64,000 bases of DNA, from the sequence record SRR33789315_82; one strand, given 5' to 3'. Below, in pieces: positions 47,934 to 58,579 of this stretch. Within the stretch, counting starts at the first letter, position 1; the number at the start of each line of letters is the position of its first letter. A program made the position numbers and the translations under genes. The notes under the pieces were generated by a model. That model had not been told where the DNA came from, did no database searches, and saw only the letters and a program-made list of their open reading frames with translations.

Positions 47934-50900
47934 GTGATGAGAATTTATTATAGTATTCTGCTACTAACTTTTGGCTCTTTACTTTTTAGCTGCGATGATG
48001 CTGATTTTATAAAAAAAACGACGCAAGCTGAAACTCTTTTCTCTTTAGTACCAGATGCACAAACCCATATTAGTTTTGTAAACTCTGTAAAGCAAGATTT
48101 TGATTTTAACTATACAGATTACCCCTATGCATTTACAGGAGGTGGTGTCGCCACTGGTGATATCAATAATGATGGTCTCGATGATGTTTATTTAGTTTCT
48201 AATCAAAAGTCAAACAAACTTTATCTAAACAAAGGCAATTTTGAATTTGAAGACATCACAGAAATTGCAGGAGTTTCAGATACTCAAGGTTGGTCTACAG
48301 GTGTTACCATGGTAGATATTAATAACGACGGCTGGTTAGACATTTACGTTTGTAAATCTGCTTCGATTAAAGATAATGACCTTCGCAGAAACAAGCTGTT
48401 TATTAATCAAAAAAATGGCACATTTAGAGAAGAAGCTAAAAAATGGGGTTTAGATCTCAACGGTTTTTCCATTCAATCTTATTTTTTTGATTATGATAAA
48501 GATGGAGACTTAGACATGTATTTGGTCAATCATAGACCCGACTTCAAAAACGCTAACAAGCTAGAAAACAAGCTAAAAAGAGAATACTTTCCTGAACTTT
48601 CTGATCATTTATTGCGCAATGATAGGGGGAAATTTACTAATGTAACCTTACAATCAGGTATAATTAATAAAGAATGGGGACTGAGTGCATCTATTGGTGA
48701 TTTCAACAATGATGGCTGGCCAGACATATTTGTAGCCAACGATTACATTGGGCCAGATTATCTATACATCAATAATAAAAAGGGGAAATTCATCAACGAA
48801 ATTGACACGCGATTTAAGCATATTTCCTACAACAGCATGGGCTCAGATTATGCTGATATCAATAACGACCTCCTACCAGATCTTATCGTACTGGATATGT
48901 TAGCAGAAGATCATCAACGCGGTAAAGAAAATATGCCTTCTATGAATACTAAAGGCTTTTGGATGATGGTAGACGCCGGTTATCATTATTCTTATATGTC
49001 TAATGTATTACAACTCAACAATGGCAATGGCACATTTAGTGATATTGGGCAATTAGCTGGAATTTCAAAAACAGACTGGAGTTGGGCACCACTTATTGCA
49101 GATTTTGACAATGATGGATATAAAGATATTCTGGTCACAAATGGTATAGAACGAGAATTAGGCAATCAAGACTATAAACAAAAAGTAAGAGAGCTTCAGT
49201 CAAAGCAAGGCGCAATGACTGTAAATGAAATGATGCAGGTTATGCCTTCTGAAAAATTATCTAATTATATATTTCAAAATAAAGGGGATCTCACTTTTGA
49301 GAATAAGACAGAAGCATGGGGATTACAGCAAAAACTAAATTCAAACGGCGTTGCCTATGCAGATTTAGATAATGATGGTGATCTGGATCTTGTAATGAAC
49401 AACTCTTCAGATAATGCTTCGGTTTATAGAAATAATTCTACGGGCAATTACATTACTATAAAACTTGTAGGAGACTCATTAAATAAAAATGCTATAGGAG
49501 CAAAAGTGCGATTGTTTACAGATAAAACGGCACAGTATCAAGAGTTATATCCTTCTAGAGGCTATCAATCTGCAGTGAGTAAGACCCTAAATTTTGGCAT
49601 TGGTGACGAAGAAAATATTAAACGTATTGAGATTATCTGGGGAGACGACACCGTATTGGCCCAAGAGGATGTGAAAGCCAATCAAACCATAACGTTTAAA
49701 AAAGCCGAATTTAAATATGATGGTCTTACAAATCCTAAAATAATAAAATACTTTGAACCTATTCCCGCTTCCAGTTTAGGAATAACCTATAAACACAACG
49801 AAAGCGACTTTAATGACTTTTCAAAACAAGTTTTATTGCCCCAAAAAAAATCGCAGCAAGGTCCTACAATGGCTGTTGCTGATGTAAATGGTGATGGATT
49901 AGATGATATTTTCCTAGGTGGTGGTTTAGGCCAATCTGCTGCTCTTTATTTACAGAATAATCGCGGAAAATTTGACCTTACAAAACAGCCGGTATTTGAT
50001 AAAGATAAGAACTATGAAGATCAAGGTTCTCTTTTTCTTGATGTAGATAATGATGGTGATTTAGATCTTTACCTAGCGAGCGGTAGTTATGAATTATCAG
50101 ACAATGATCCGCTTCTGCAGGACAGACTTTATCTAAATGAGGGAAAAGGTTCATTTATAGCAAGTAATGCGTTGCCTAAAATGCTCACAAGCACAAAAAG
50201 CATACAAGCATTAGATTATGATAATGATGGTGATTTAGATATAGCCGTAGGCGGAAATTTAGTTCCTGGAAAATATCCATTGGCGCCAAAATCTTACATT
50301 CTGGAGAATAATAAAGGTCACTTTACAGATGTAACTCAAAAAATTGCACCAGAACTTACTGAAATAGGTTTAATCAATGACATGATTTTTTCTGATTACG
50401 ATAATGACGGTGATAAAGATCTTATCGTAGTAGGTGAATGGTTTCCCATAACCATATTTGATAATAATAATGGCTATTTCAATAAAAAAATACATCCTGA
50501 ATTAGCAAATTCTTCCGGCTGGTGGAACACCATTAAAGAAATAGACCTCAACGAAGATGGTCATATGGATTATCTAATAGGAAATTTAGGAGAAAACAAT
50601 AAATTTCATCCAACTATAGAAAAACCACTACATATCTACGGAAACAATTTTGATGAAAATGAAAGCTATGATATGTTTCTCAGTAAAGTTTACAAGGGAA
50701 AATTAGTTCCTGTAAGAGGGAAAGAATGTTCTACAGAGCAGAATCCTTTCGTTAGCGAAAAAATACCCACCTTTAAAGAATTTGCTGCTTCAACCATAAT
50801 AGATATATATGGTGAAAGTGAAATAAACGCATCATATCATAAAGAAGTGTATACCTTTAGTTCTTCTATCGCCATGAATAACGGTGATGGTACTTTTACC

Positions 50901-51215
50901 CTAAATCGCTTACCTACAACCGCACAAATAGGTCCTACTCTAGCCTTTGAGATTGTAGATATAAATCACGATGGTCTCAAAGATGTAATAGGTATAGGTG
51001 ATTTTTATGAAGCCGAAGTAGAAACTATAAGATACGATTCTAATACTGGATATGTTCTTTTAGCTAATAAAGACGGTAATCTTATTGACGCTCAAGACAA
51101 ATCGTTCTTTAATTATCAAAACAATAGAAGTTTAAAACAAATAAAACTTAAAGAAGACAGCTACTTGATTGTAGCAAATAATGATGCGGCATTATCTGTA
51201 TTTAAAGTAAAATAG
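47934..51215 (+). CDS. VCBS/FG-GAP repeat lipoprotein with ASPIC/UnbV domain
   Basis: Many D.NNDG..D repeats; NAIGAKV..GYQSA..FGIG ASPIC motif; lipobox FSC. Confidence 0.88.
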   Translation: MMRIYYSILLLTFGSLLFSCDDADFIKKTTQAETLFSLVPDAQTHISFVNSVKQDFDFNYTDYPYAFTGGGVATGDINNDGLDDVYLVSNQKSNKLYLNKGNFEFEDITEIAGVSDTQGWSTGVTMVDINNDGWLDIYVCKSASIKDNDLRRNKLFINQKNGTFREEAKKWGLDLNGFSIQSYFFDYDKDGDLDMYLVNHRPDFKNANKLENKLKREYFPELSDHLLRNDRGKFTNVTLQSGIINKEWGLSASIGDFNNDGWPDIFVANDYIGPDYLYINNKKGKFINEIDTRFKHISYNSMGSDYADINNDLLPDLIVLDMLAEDHQRGKENMPSMNTKGFWMMVDAGYHYSYMSNVLQLNNGNGTFSDIGQLAGISKTDWSWAPLIADFDNDGYKDILVTNGIERELGNQDYKQKVRELQSKQGAMTVNEMMQVMPSEKLSNYIFQNKGDLTFENKTEAWGLQQKLNSNGVAYADLDNDGDLDLVMNNSSDNASVYRNNSTGNYITIKLVGDSLNKNAIGAKVRLFTDKTAQYQELYPSRGYQSAVSKTLNFGIGDEENIKRIEIIWGDDTVLAQEDVKANQTITFKKAEFKYDGLTNPKIIKYFEPIPASSLGITYKHNESDFNDFSKQVLLPQKKSQQGPTMAVADVNGDGLDDIFLGGGLGQSAALYLQNNRGKFDLTKQPVFDKDKNYEDQGSLFLDVDNDGDLDLYLASGSYELSDNDPLLQDRLYLNEGKGSFIASNALPKMLTSTKSIQALDYDNDGDLDIAVGGNLVPGKYPLAPKSYILENNKGHFTDVTQKIAPELTEIGLINDMIFSDYDNDGDKDLIVVGEWFPITIFDNNNGYFNKKIHPELANSSGWWNTIKEIDLNEDGHMDYLIGNLGENNKFHPTIEKPLHIYGNNFDENESYDMFLSKVYKGKLVPVRGKECSTEQNPFVSEKIPTFKEFAASTIIDIYGESEINASYHKEVYTFSSSIAMNNGDGTFTLNRLPTTAQIGPTLAFEIVDINHDGLKDVIGIGDFYEAEVETIRYDSNTGYVLLANKDGNLIDAQDKSFFNYQNNRSLKQIKLKEDSYLIVANNDAALSVFKVK

Positions 51216-51224
51216 CTTCTCTTA

Positions 51225-51262
51225 AACAAAAGACCTGCATAATATAATGCAGGTCTTTTGTT
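51225..51262. terminator. Bidirectional intrinsic terminator
   Basis: AACAAAAGACCTGCAT/ATGCAGGTCTTTTGTT 16-bp stem between convergent genes. Confidence 0.9.
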
Positions 51263-51284
51263 GTTAGTCAAAATTTATATTTAC

Positions 51285-52439
51285 TTAATTAGAAAGACCT
51301 TCAGCAAACCCTCTATGCGCGACTTTAAAATTATAATCATCATCAAATAATAGAGGCCAATCTGTACCACCATCAGAAATCCAACTATCTCCATCACGCA
51401 TACCCCAAACGGTAATACCATATTGCTGCGCCGCCGGAATCATATTGTATTGAGTAGAAACTTCTTTATATTTTGCTTCTTGTTCTGCTGCTCTATCCTC
51501 GGTTAATGCGGTAATATCATTTGTACTGTTAACCGCTATGTCTACCTCTGAAAAATGAACTAGTAACCCTGTTGCTGCAACATCACTTACAGCCTGAGCA
51601 ATTTCAGAAGTTTGAGGAAAATTATACTGTACATGCATTTGTAAACCTACTCCATCAATAAGATTATCTGCTTGTAAATTACCCACCATATTTAATATAG
51701 CATTACGCTTTGATGTCTGTCCAGCTATATTATAATCGTTATAAAACAATTTCACATCTGCATCTGCTTCCCGTGCCCAACCGTAAATCTTTTTAACATA
51801 ATCTGTTCCTATTTTAGTTAAAAATAAGCTGCTTCGCAAACCTGCCCCATCGATTGCTTCATTAATAACATCCCAACCTTGTACAACAGATACCTCTTCT
51901 CCATTGACGGTCATTTTTTCTTCAGCAAAATGAGCAACAGTCGCTTGAACATATTTTTTGATTTGTTCTTCAAACTCAGCGTCTGTACCTGTAAAACTAT
52001 TTAACCAACCAGGAATAGAAGAATGCCATACTAAGGTATGTCCATGAACACGAAGACCATTTGCTTTAGCATAAGCCACTATCTCGTCTCCATCAGACCA
52101 ATCATAAGTATCTATACCCGTAAACATGTTTGCCATTTTCATATCATTCTCGGCAGTCACACTATTAAAATCATTAATCAATCTATCTCTAAATTCTGTG
52201 TTAGCTGCTCCACCTTGAGTAAGTTTATTAGCTGATACTATCATACCAATGGGATAATCAACTTGACTTTGTAAAGTTGATGTAGGTGTATAAATAAATG
52301 GATCATCTGAAATCACCACTCCTCCTCCATCACTAAAACCGGTAGGACCACCAACTACAATTGTACCTTGTACGTCATCATCTTCACTACATCCTACGAT
52401 TAATAAGCATAAAATGAGTCTAATTAAGTTCTTTTTCAT
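51285..52439 (-). CDS. GH10 endo-1,4-beta-xylanase, lipoprotein
   Basis: TAENDMK, HGHTLVWH, WDVINE, YNDYN, HFSEVD; lipobox VGC. Confidence 0.92.
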   Translation of the reverse strand: MKKNLIRLILCLLIVGCSEDDDVQGTIVVGGPTGFSDGGGVVISDDPFIYTPTSTLQSQVDYPIGMIVSANKLTQGGAANTEFRDRLINDFNSVTAENDMKMANMFTGIDTYDWSDGDEIVAYAKANGLRVHGHTLVWHSSIPGWLNSFTGTDAEFEEQIKKYVQATVAHFAEEKMTVNGEEVSVVQGWDVINEAIDGAGLRSSLFLTKIGTDYVKKIYGWAREADADVKLFYNDYNIAGQTSKRNAILNMVGNLQADNLIDGVGLQMHVQYNFPQTSEIAQAVSDVAATGLLVHFSEVDIAVNSTNDITALTEDRAAEQEAKYKEVSTQYNMIPAAQQYGITVWGMRDGDSWISDGGTDWPLLFDDDYNFKVAHRGFAEGLSN

Positions 52440-52605
52440 TGTCTAAATTTTATTTAAGAATTGTTTGTTTACTGTTTTACTTTGCTTAAAAGAGTGATTT
52501 TAACACTTATATTATTTGAGCCTTATTTTCTAGTTAGATAGATTTCCAACTATATCGTTAAAGTAGTAAAATAACCAAAAATAAATATTAACTACAACAA
52601 TAAAT

Positions 52606-52617
52606 GCAATCGATTGC
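52606..52617. promoter_or_regulatory. LacI-type operator copy 4
   Basis: GCAATCGATTGC upstream of GH10 lipoprotein gene. Confidence 0.78.
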
Positions 52618-52658
52618 GTAAAAATTGTAAATTTTAAGAAATATCCTAATTTTTACCT

Positions 52659-55496
52659 TTAATTTTGTTTAAAACTTTCTGGTGAACCTAAATAAGATTC
52701 TTCAAAACCTGTAGTTTCAATTACTATTTTTTGTAACACAAGTCCACTGTCCTTCATATAAAATTTTAACGTATGATTTCCCGCATTAGTTAATGTATGT
52801 GTTGAGGAGATTATCTTGATATTATTCCCGACAGAAATATTCCAGTTTTGTCCAGAATTGTCTTCATTTAAATTCATTACCTGCGGAATTTCATCATCAA
52901 AACCAATCCCGTATTTAAGTCCGTCACGCATAGTATAATTAATCGTAGGCGCAAAATAAGCGTGCACTTTTATAGCCCCTTTACTTTCTAAAAACACATC
53001 ATATTCTAATCTTGGACTTTCAGAAGTAATAGCAATTGGACCTATAAATTGAGGGCTTGCCATGACACTTGAGCCGGTTTTGCCCAAATTATCTACAACA
53101 ACCCATTTATAAGGAGTTTGATTTACGCTACGCGAAAAATGATCTGCTTCCATAGAAACCCCGCCATTCATTTCAATAAAACCGTGTATCGAAGAAGCGC
53201 TCTGTTTTTCGGCAAATACCATAACCGTATAGGTATTATTATTGGCAGCTATGGTTATAGGTGCTTCACTTTTTCCTAACGGAAGTTTATCTAAGTTAAC
53301 CGCAACTTTTATCGTTTTTTCAGTACCTACTATTCCTTTTTTAGTATCTAAAATAATCCATTTTGCCTCAGCTTTTAATTTATACGGAATAGATGTACTT
53401 CCTGTATTAAAAAGCGTCAAGTTTTGGTGGTTTTCACCCAAAGAATAAATTTTAGGTAAATCAATAGTTCCATTCTCGGTTAAGGTTTTTGTTGCATTAG
53501 GAACTGCTATTCCTAATTTTCCTTTTTGCGGAAGCTCTACTCTATGCGTAGTAGGTATGGTGTTTTTATCCGGTTGTTGCCAATAGGTATAACCGATGTG
53601 TGTCTGCGAGACCATATGATTCCACTTCCCATCTGCCATGGTATGATGATAAAAATCGGCAAGTGCTGCATCTTTTTCAAACAACGTTTTTACCTCATCT
53701 GCATACGTATTGGCTATAGCGCGACCTTGTTTAGCGTACAACTGATTTTTTGCAGCTGCTACATGAAGTGCATTTAAATTTGCACTGGCTTCAATAGGAA
53801 ATTGCACCAATTGATAATAGGCATCAAAATATTTCTTAGGTAGCTCCTGCCCTATTTGTACAGCTTCTTGAGCTAATTCATTATATTCTGTGACTACGCG
53901 ATCTGCTTCATTATAATGGGTCACGCTATAGGTCGTAGAATCGATCATTTCTGGTTTTCTACGCGCGTTATATTTGGTATATTTCTTGAGCATTTCAGCA
54001 ATTGCTGGCGTGTGATTTGAACCAAAATTTTCTTTCGCGAAAGCGATATAATAATCTGGTAAATTACTAGCATCTATAGCTTCTGGATCCCACGCATAAT
54101 CCAAGAAAAAAGAAATAGGAAACTCCATAGGTTTTAAATCGCCCACGTTTACAATCCACACACGATCTGCTCCATATTCATAAGCCAAATGCATTTGCTC
54201 CCACGTGCGCTCAATTTGTGTAGTATTGATCCATTTATAATTACGTGGTCCACCTACATAATCAAAATGGTAATAAATGCCATACCCGCCAGAACGTGGC
54301 GATGCTGTTAGCTCCGGTAATTTTCTAATGTTCCCCCAGTTGTCATCGCAAAGTAACAGCGTGATATCATCTGGTACGCGCATCCCCTTGTCGTAATAAT
54401 CCTGCACTTCTTTATAAAGTGCCCACATTTGTGGTGTTTCTTCGGTAGGTTTTCCAGTCACTTCAGCGATAATTTTACGTTGCTCGGCTACGATATTTTC
54501 TAATAATTCTATTGCTGTACCTTCAGTCATAGGCTCATCACCGTCGCCGCGCATACCTACCGTTACAAGCGCTTCGGTATCGCCTTTGCGTTGCATCCCT
54601 TCTTTCCAAAAGCTTTTCAGATTTTCGGCATTTTTACTAAAATCCCAATCTCCATCACCAAAACGCCCCCATTCAGAATGGGCGCGTGTTAAAGGCTCGT
54701 GATGCGAAGTGCCCATTACAATGCCGTATTCGTCAGCTAGTTTTGCGTTGTTTTCATCTTCAACATAAAACATTTTGCCCCACATGGCAGGCCATATGTA
54801 ATTACCCTTTAACCGAAGAATTAATTCGAAAACATTGTCATAAAATTTAGCATTAAAAGATCCATAATTTTCAGAAACCCAATCTGTAAGTGCTGGTGCT
54901 TCATCGTTTATAAAAATCCCCCTGTATTTCACTTTAGGTTCGCCAGCGGTATGCAATCCTGGGAGTACATAAACGGCTTCCTTTTTTTCGATGGGAACAT
55001 CTGCCCAAAAATACCAAGGCGAAACACCCATCTGGCGTGAAAGTTCATACATCCCATAGATTGTTCCGCGTTTATCGCTTCCCGCAATAACAAGGGCGCG
55101 TGCTACTCCTGGAACTGGATTATCAATTATAGTTGTAATAAATTTTTCCCACTTTCCTTTTAAAAGTTGTTCATCTAACTTGCCTGTAATGACTAAAGAA
55201 TCTATCAATTTACTTTTACCTAGCGTACCAATAATTACTTGATCTATTCCTGCAGTAATTTCTGCGTTAAGCATAGGCTTAATACCAGAAACGGCCGTAA
55301 TATCTTGCTGTAAATGTCCTGCCACTCGTTTTACGCCAGGCCAATCTGTATCACTCACCACCAAAGTAGCTACTTGAGCATTAACTATTAACGGAAAACT
55401 ATATTCTGAAGCTACCGAAGTAACATAGCTTTCTTGCGCATGTACGCTAAGATTAAAAACTAAAAACAGGAATAAAAAAGGGGTGAAAAGTTTCAT
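52659..55496 (-). CDS. GH115 xylan alpha-1,2-glucuronidase
   Basis: GSDKRGTIYG, YRGIFINDEAP, WPAMW, GTSHHEP, GMRGDGD, YYHFDYVGGPRNYKW. Confidence 0.93.
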   Translation of the reverse strand: MKLFTPFLFLFLVFNLSVHAQESYVTSVASEYSFPLIVNAQVATLVVSDTDWPGVKRVAGHLQQDITAVSGIKPMLNAEITAGIDQVIIGTLGKSKLIDSLVITGKLDEQLLKGKWEKFITTIIDNPVPGVARALVIAGSDKRGTIYGMYELSRQMGVSPWYFWADVPIEKKEAVYVLPGLHTAGEPKVKYRGIFINDEAPALTDWVSENYGSFNAKFYDNVFELILRLKGNYIWPAMWGKMFYVEDENNAKLADEYGIVMGTSHHEPLTRAHSEWGRFGDGDWDFSKNAENLKSFWKEGMQRKGDTEALVTVGMRGDGDEPMTEGTAIELLENIVAEQRKIIAEVTGKPTEETPQMWALYKEVQDYYDKGMRVPDDITLLLCDDNWGNIRKLPELTASPRSGGYGIYYHFDYVGGPRNYKWINTTQIERTWEQMHLAYEYGADRVWIVNVGDLKPMEFPISFFLDYAWDPEAIDASNLPDYYIAFAKENFGSNHTPAIAEMLKKYTKYNARRKPEMIDSTTYSVTHYNEADRVVTEYNELAQEAVQIGQELPKKYFDAYYQLVQFPIEASANLNALHVAAAKNQLYAKQGRAIANTYADEVKTLFEKDAALADFYHHTMADGKWNHMVSQTHIGYTYWQQPDKNTIPTTHRVELPQKGKLGIAVPNATKTLTENGTIDLPKIYSLGENHQNLTLFNTGSTSIPYKLKAEAKWIILDTKKGIVGTEKTIKVAVNLDKLPLGKSEAPITIAANNNTYTVMVFAEKQSASSIHGFIEMNGGVSMEADHFSRSVNQTPYKWVVVDNLGKTGSSVMASPQFIGPIAITSESPRLEYDVFLESKGAIKVHAYFAPTINYTMRDGLKYGIGFDDEIPQVMNLNEDNSGQNWNISVGNNIKIISSTHTLTNAGNHTLKFYMKDSGLVLQKIVIETTGFEESYLGSPESFKQN

Positions 55497-56620
55497 TATT
55501 TATCAAATTCTATTACTTCATAATATGCCTTCTTCGGCTTTAATTCTTGATCAAAAAGTAGCGGATAATTTTTTCTGCCTGCCACTGGATAGTTATCTAA
55601 CCACGAATACCTATCTGAAATATTCCAGAAGGTCACGCCGGTAAGGGTCTCTTTATAATCCCTAAAAACTTTAAAAAACATATTGTATTGATCCATTTGT
55701 TTTTGTTCCAACTCAGGAGTCAATAAGTCATTTTCTCCTTCAAGTAGACTGCGTTGGTCCTTCTCCCATTTATAAAGAGAAACATCCAGTTCTGTGATCT
55801 GAACATCAAGACCTAAGGATGCGTATTTTTCTATTGCCGTACGCAATTCTGCTTCTGTAGGTTCAAAAATGGACCAATGTGCTTGAATCCCAACTCCATT
55901 GATGGGAACACCTGCATCTACCAGCTTTTTAACTAATGTGTAAATGCGCTCCATTTTTTCAGGGCGTACTGCATTATAATCGTTATAGAAAAGCTTGGCA
56001 TCAGGGTCTGCTTCATGAGCAAATTGAAAAGCTTTGGCTAGATATTCTTCACCAGCAATTTGATAATAAGGCGACTCTTCACGATACACTACTTCCGGAT
56101 TATCTGAAACCGCTTCATTAACCACATCCCAAGCATAAATATCATCTTTATAACGAGACATAACCGTAGTTATATGTTCTTTCATTCGAGCATAAAGTGT
56201 GTCTTTTCCTATTTGATTTCCCTTTTCATCCTTAAAAAACCAGTCTGGATATTGCTGGTGCCACACTAATGCATGACCACGCATCATAATATCATTTTTG
56301 CGAGCAAAATCTACAATTGCATCTGCTGGCTCCCAATTATACGTATTAGGTTGCGGATGAATGGGTCCCATTTTCATCACATTCTCTGGGGTCATACTTG
56401 CAAATTGTGTTTTGATCAATTCACTGGTTAATGAATCCTGAAATGCCTGTGGATAAACGGCTACACCTATCGGGAAATAGTCTTTGTAATAATCTTTTAG
56501 CCCTTTGGGTTGTGCATCGGCTAAACGGGCTTCTTGTTTTTCTGAAGCTTGTTTACAAGAAAACAGGACTCCTAAAGTAAGTCCTAATAGTAAACCTCTT
56601 TTTAAAATATTTTTTCTCAT
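55496..56620 (-). CDS. GH10 endo-1,4-beta-xylanase
   Basis: TPENVMK, RGHALVWH, WDVVNEA, YNDYN, QITELD. Confidence 0.93.
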   Translation of the reverse strand: MRKNILKRGLLLGLTLGVLFSCKQASEKQEARLADAQPKGLKDYYKDYFPIGVAVYPQAFQDSLTSELIKTQFASMTPENVMKMGPIHPQPNTYNWEPADAIVDFARKNDIMMRGHALVWHQQYPDWFFKDEKGNQIGKDTLYARMKEHITTVMSRYKDDIYAWDVVNEAVSDNPEVVYREESPYYQIAGEEYLAKAFQFAHEADPDAKLFYNDYNAVRPEKMERIYTLVKKLVDAGVPINGVGIQAHWSIFEPTEAELRTAIEKYASLGLDVQITELDVSLYKWEKDQRSLLEGENDLLTPELEQKQMDQYNMFFKVFRDYKETLTGVTFWNISDRYSWLDNYPVAGRKNYPLLFDQELKPKKAYYEVIEFDK

Positions 56621-57792
56621 TTATTATCTAATTTATACATAATTCCTAACTCAAGTCCTCTTAATTCTGAAAGTCCACGCAAACGTCCCATAAAAGAATA
56701 ACCAGGATATTGACCTGATTTTTTTTCGAGACTAAAAAGCACACCATGATCCGGTCGCATAGGAAGACTAATATTTCGCTTACGCATCAATAACACCAAT
56801 TTTTCCATGATTTCAACCATAGGATTGTCTCCTTTGAGATGCTCTGATTCTCTAAAAACATGTTCATTATCCCGCTTTACATTTCTAAGGTGTAAAAAAT
56901 GAATTCTGTCTCCCCAATCATCAATAATTTGCAATAAATCATTCTCTGGATAAGCACCTAAAGAACCTGTACAATAACACAATCCATTTGCAATGTTAGG
57001 CACAGCATCAAATATTTTCTTTATATCGGCCTGATTACGCACTACTCTTGGCAACCCCAAAACAGAAAATGGTGGATCATCAGGATGTATCGCTAGTTTT
57101 ATACCCAATTCTTCTGCAACAGGAGCAACTTCTTCAAGAAATAGGATTAGATTTTCACGAAGAATATTATCATCTATTCCTGCATATTGCGCTAGTATAG
57201 TAAGTATCTCTTCTGGAGTGAAATTTACTGTAGCACCTGGCAAACCCGTCATTACATTATTAAAGAGCAATTTTTCTTCGGCTTGTGAAAGTGCATGACC
57301 AAAAACCAACGCCTCATCTAACTGTTTTTGGGTATATTCTTCTTTACTTCCTGGCCTTTTCAATAAAAAGACATCAAAATAAATAAAAGCGCGATGATCA
57401 AATAATAGTGCCCAGGTACCATCCAGATTAGGATATAAAAAATTAGTTCTTACCCAATCCAGAAGCGGCATAAAATTATAAGTCACTACCTCAATTCTAG
57501 CTTTCGCTAAATTTTTCAGGCTTATCTTATAATTTTCTATGTATTCTTTATAATTACCATTTCTTCGTTTAATATCTTCATGTACTGGAAGACTTTCAAC
57601 CACTTTCCATCGTAAGCCATTTTTACGGATAAGACGCTTTCTTTCGCGAATGTCCTCGAGTGTCCAAATTGCTCCTACGGGAACTTGATGTAATGCATTT
57701 ACGGCTCCAGTGGCACCCGATTGCCGGATGTCTCTTAATTTGACCTTATCATTTGGGCCAAACCAGCGCATGTTTTGTTGCATTTTTATCAT
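56617..57792 (-). CDS. uxuA: Mannonate dehydratase
   Basis: MRWFGPND, VVESLPVHEDIK, YNFMP.LDW.RT, HPDDPP, MRPDHG. Confidence 0.92.
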   Translation of the reverse strand: MIKMQQNMRWFGPNDKVKLRDIRQSGATGAVNALHQVPVGAIWTLEDIRERKRLIRKNGLRWKVVESLPVHEDIKRRNGNYKEYIENYKISLKNLAKARIEVVTYNFMPLLDWVRTNFLYPNLDGTWALLFDHRAFIYFDVFLLKRPGSKEEYTQKQLDEALVFGHALSQAEEKLLFNNVMTGLPGATVNFTPEEILTILAQYAGIDDNILRENLILFLEEVAPVAEELGIKLAIHPDDPPFSVLGLPRVVRNQADIKKIFDAVPNIANGLCYCTGSLGAYPENDLLQIIDDWGDRIHFLHLRNVKRDNEHVFRESEHLKGDNPMVEIMEKLVLLMRKRNISLPMRPDHGVLFSLEKKSGQYPGYSFMGRLRGLSELRGLELGIMYKLDNK

Positions 57793-57801
57793 CTCTGAAA
57801 A

Positions 57802-58542
57802 TTAAAATCCAATACTGTTTCCGCCATCTACTGGCATAACTACTCCTGTAATAAACTTGGCTGCTTCAGAAGCGAAAAAATAAACCGCTTCACCTATATC
57901 TTCTGGTTCTCCCATTTTACCCATTGGGGTTCTTGAGAATACCTTGTTTTTTCGTTCTGGATCGCTATCTAATGCAGTTGCAGTCATAGGTGTTTTAATA
58001 AATCCCGGGGCAACACAATTAACCCGAATACCATATTGAGCCAAGTCTACCGCCATAGAACGTGTCATTCCTTCTATTGCTGTTTTACTGGCCGAATAGG
58101 CAGTAACTTTAGGAATACCATATTGGGCTGCCATAGAACTGATATGTACAATGCTTCCGCCTCCATTTTCTTTCATCACCTTAACTACTTCTCTACTAAT
58201 CGTAAAAACGCTCAATAAATTAGTATGAATGATTTTTGAAAAATCGGCATCGCTCACATCTGTTAATTCCTTTTTCATATTGATTCCTGCATTATTAACC
58301 AGGACATCAATATTCCCAGATTTTGAAGCAATAGAGGCAATTAAATTAGGTATTTCATCCAGTTTATCTAAGTCAAAAACGGTAGGTATTGCTTTAACAC
58401 CCATTTCATTACAGGCTCGTAAAGTTTTTTCTTCGTTTCTCCCTAAGACATAAGTGGTATATCCTTGATCACAGAATTTTTTTGCGGTTGCATAACCTAG
58501 TCCAGAGTTTCCTCCAGTCACAATTGCTGTTTTGTTAGTCAT
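57802..58542 (-). CDS. SDR oxidoreductase, probable fructuronate/mannonate oxidoreductase
   Basis: TGGNSGLG, NNAG, YSASK; between GH67 and uxuA; ATG 58542. Confidence 0.75.
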   Translation of the reverse strand: MTNKTAIVTGGNSGLGYATAKKFCDQGYTTYVLGRNEEKTLRACNEMGVKAIPTVFDLDKLDEIPNLIASIASKSGNIDVLVNNAGINMKKELTDVSDADFSKIIHTNLLSVFTISREVVKVMKENGGGSIVHISSMAAQYGIPKVTAYSASKTAIEGMTRSMAVDLAQYGIRVNCVAPGFIKTPMTATALDSDPERKNKVFSRTPMGKMGEPEDIGEAVYFFASEAAKFITGVVMPVDGGNSIGF

Positions 58543-58579
58543 TTTAAGTATTAGTTGGTTTGTTTGCTTATTTGTTGAA

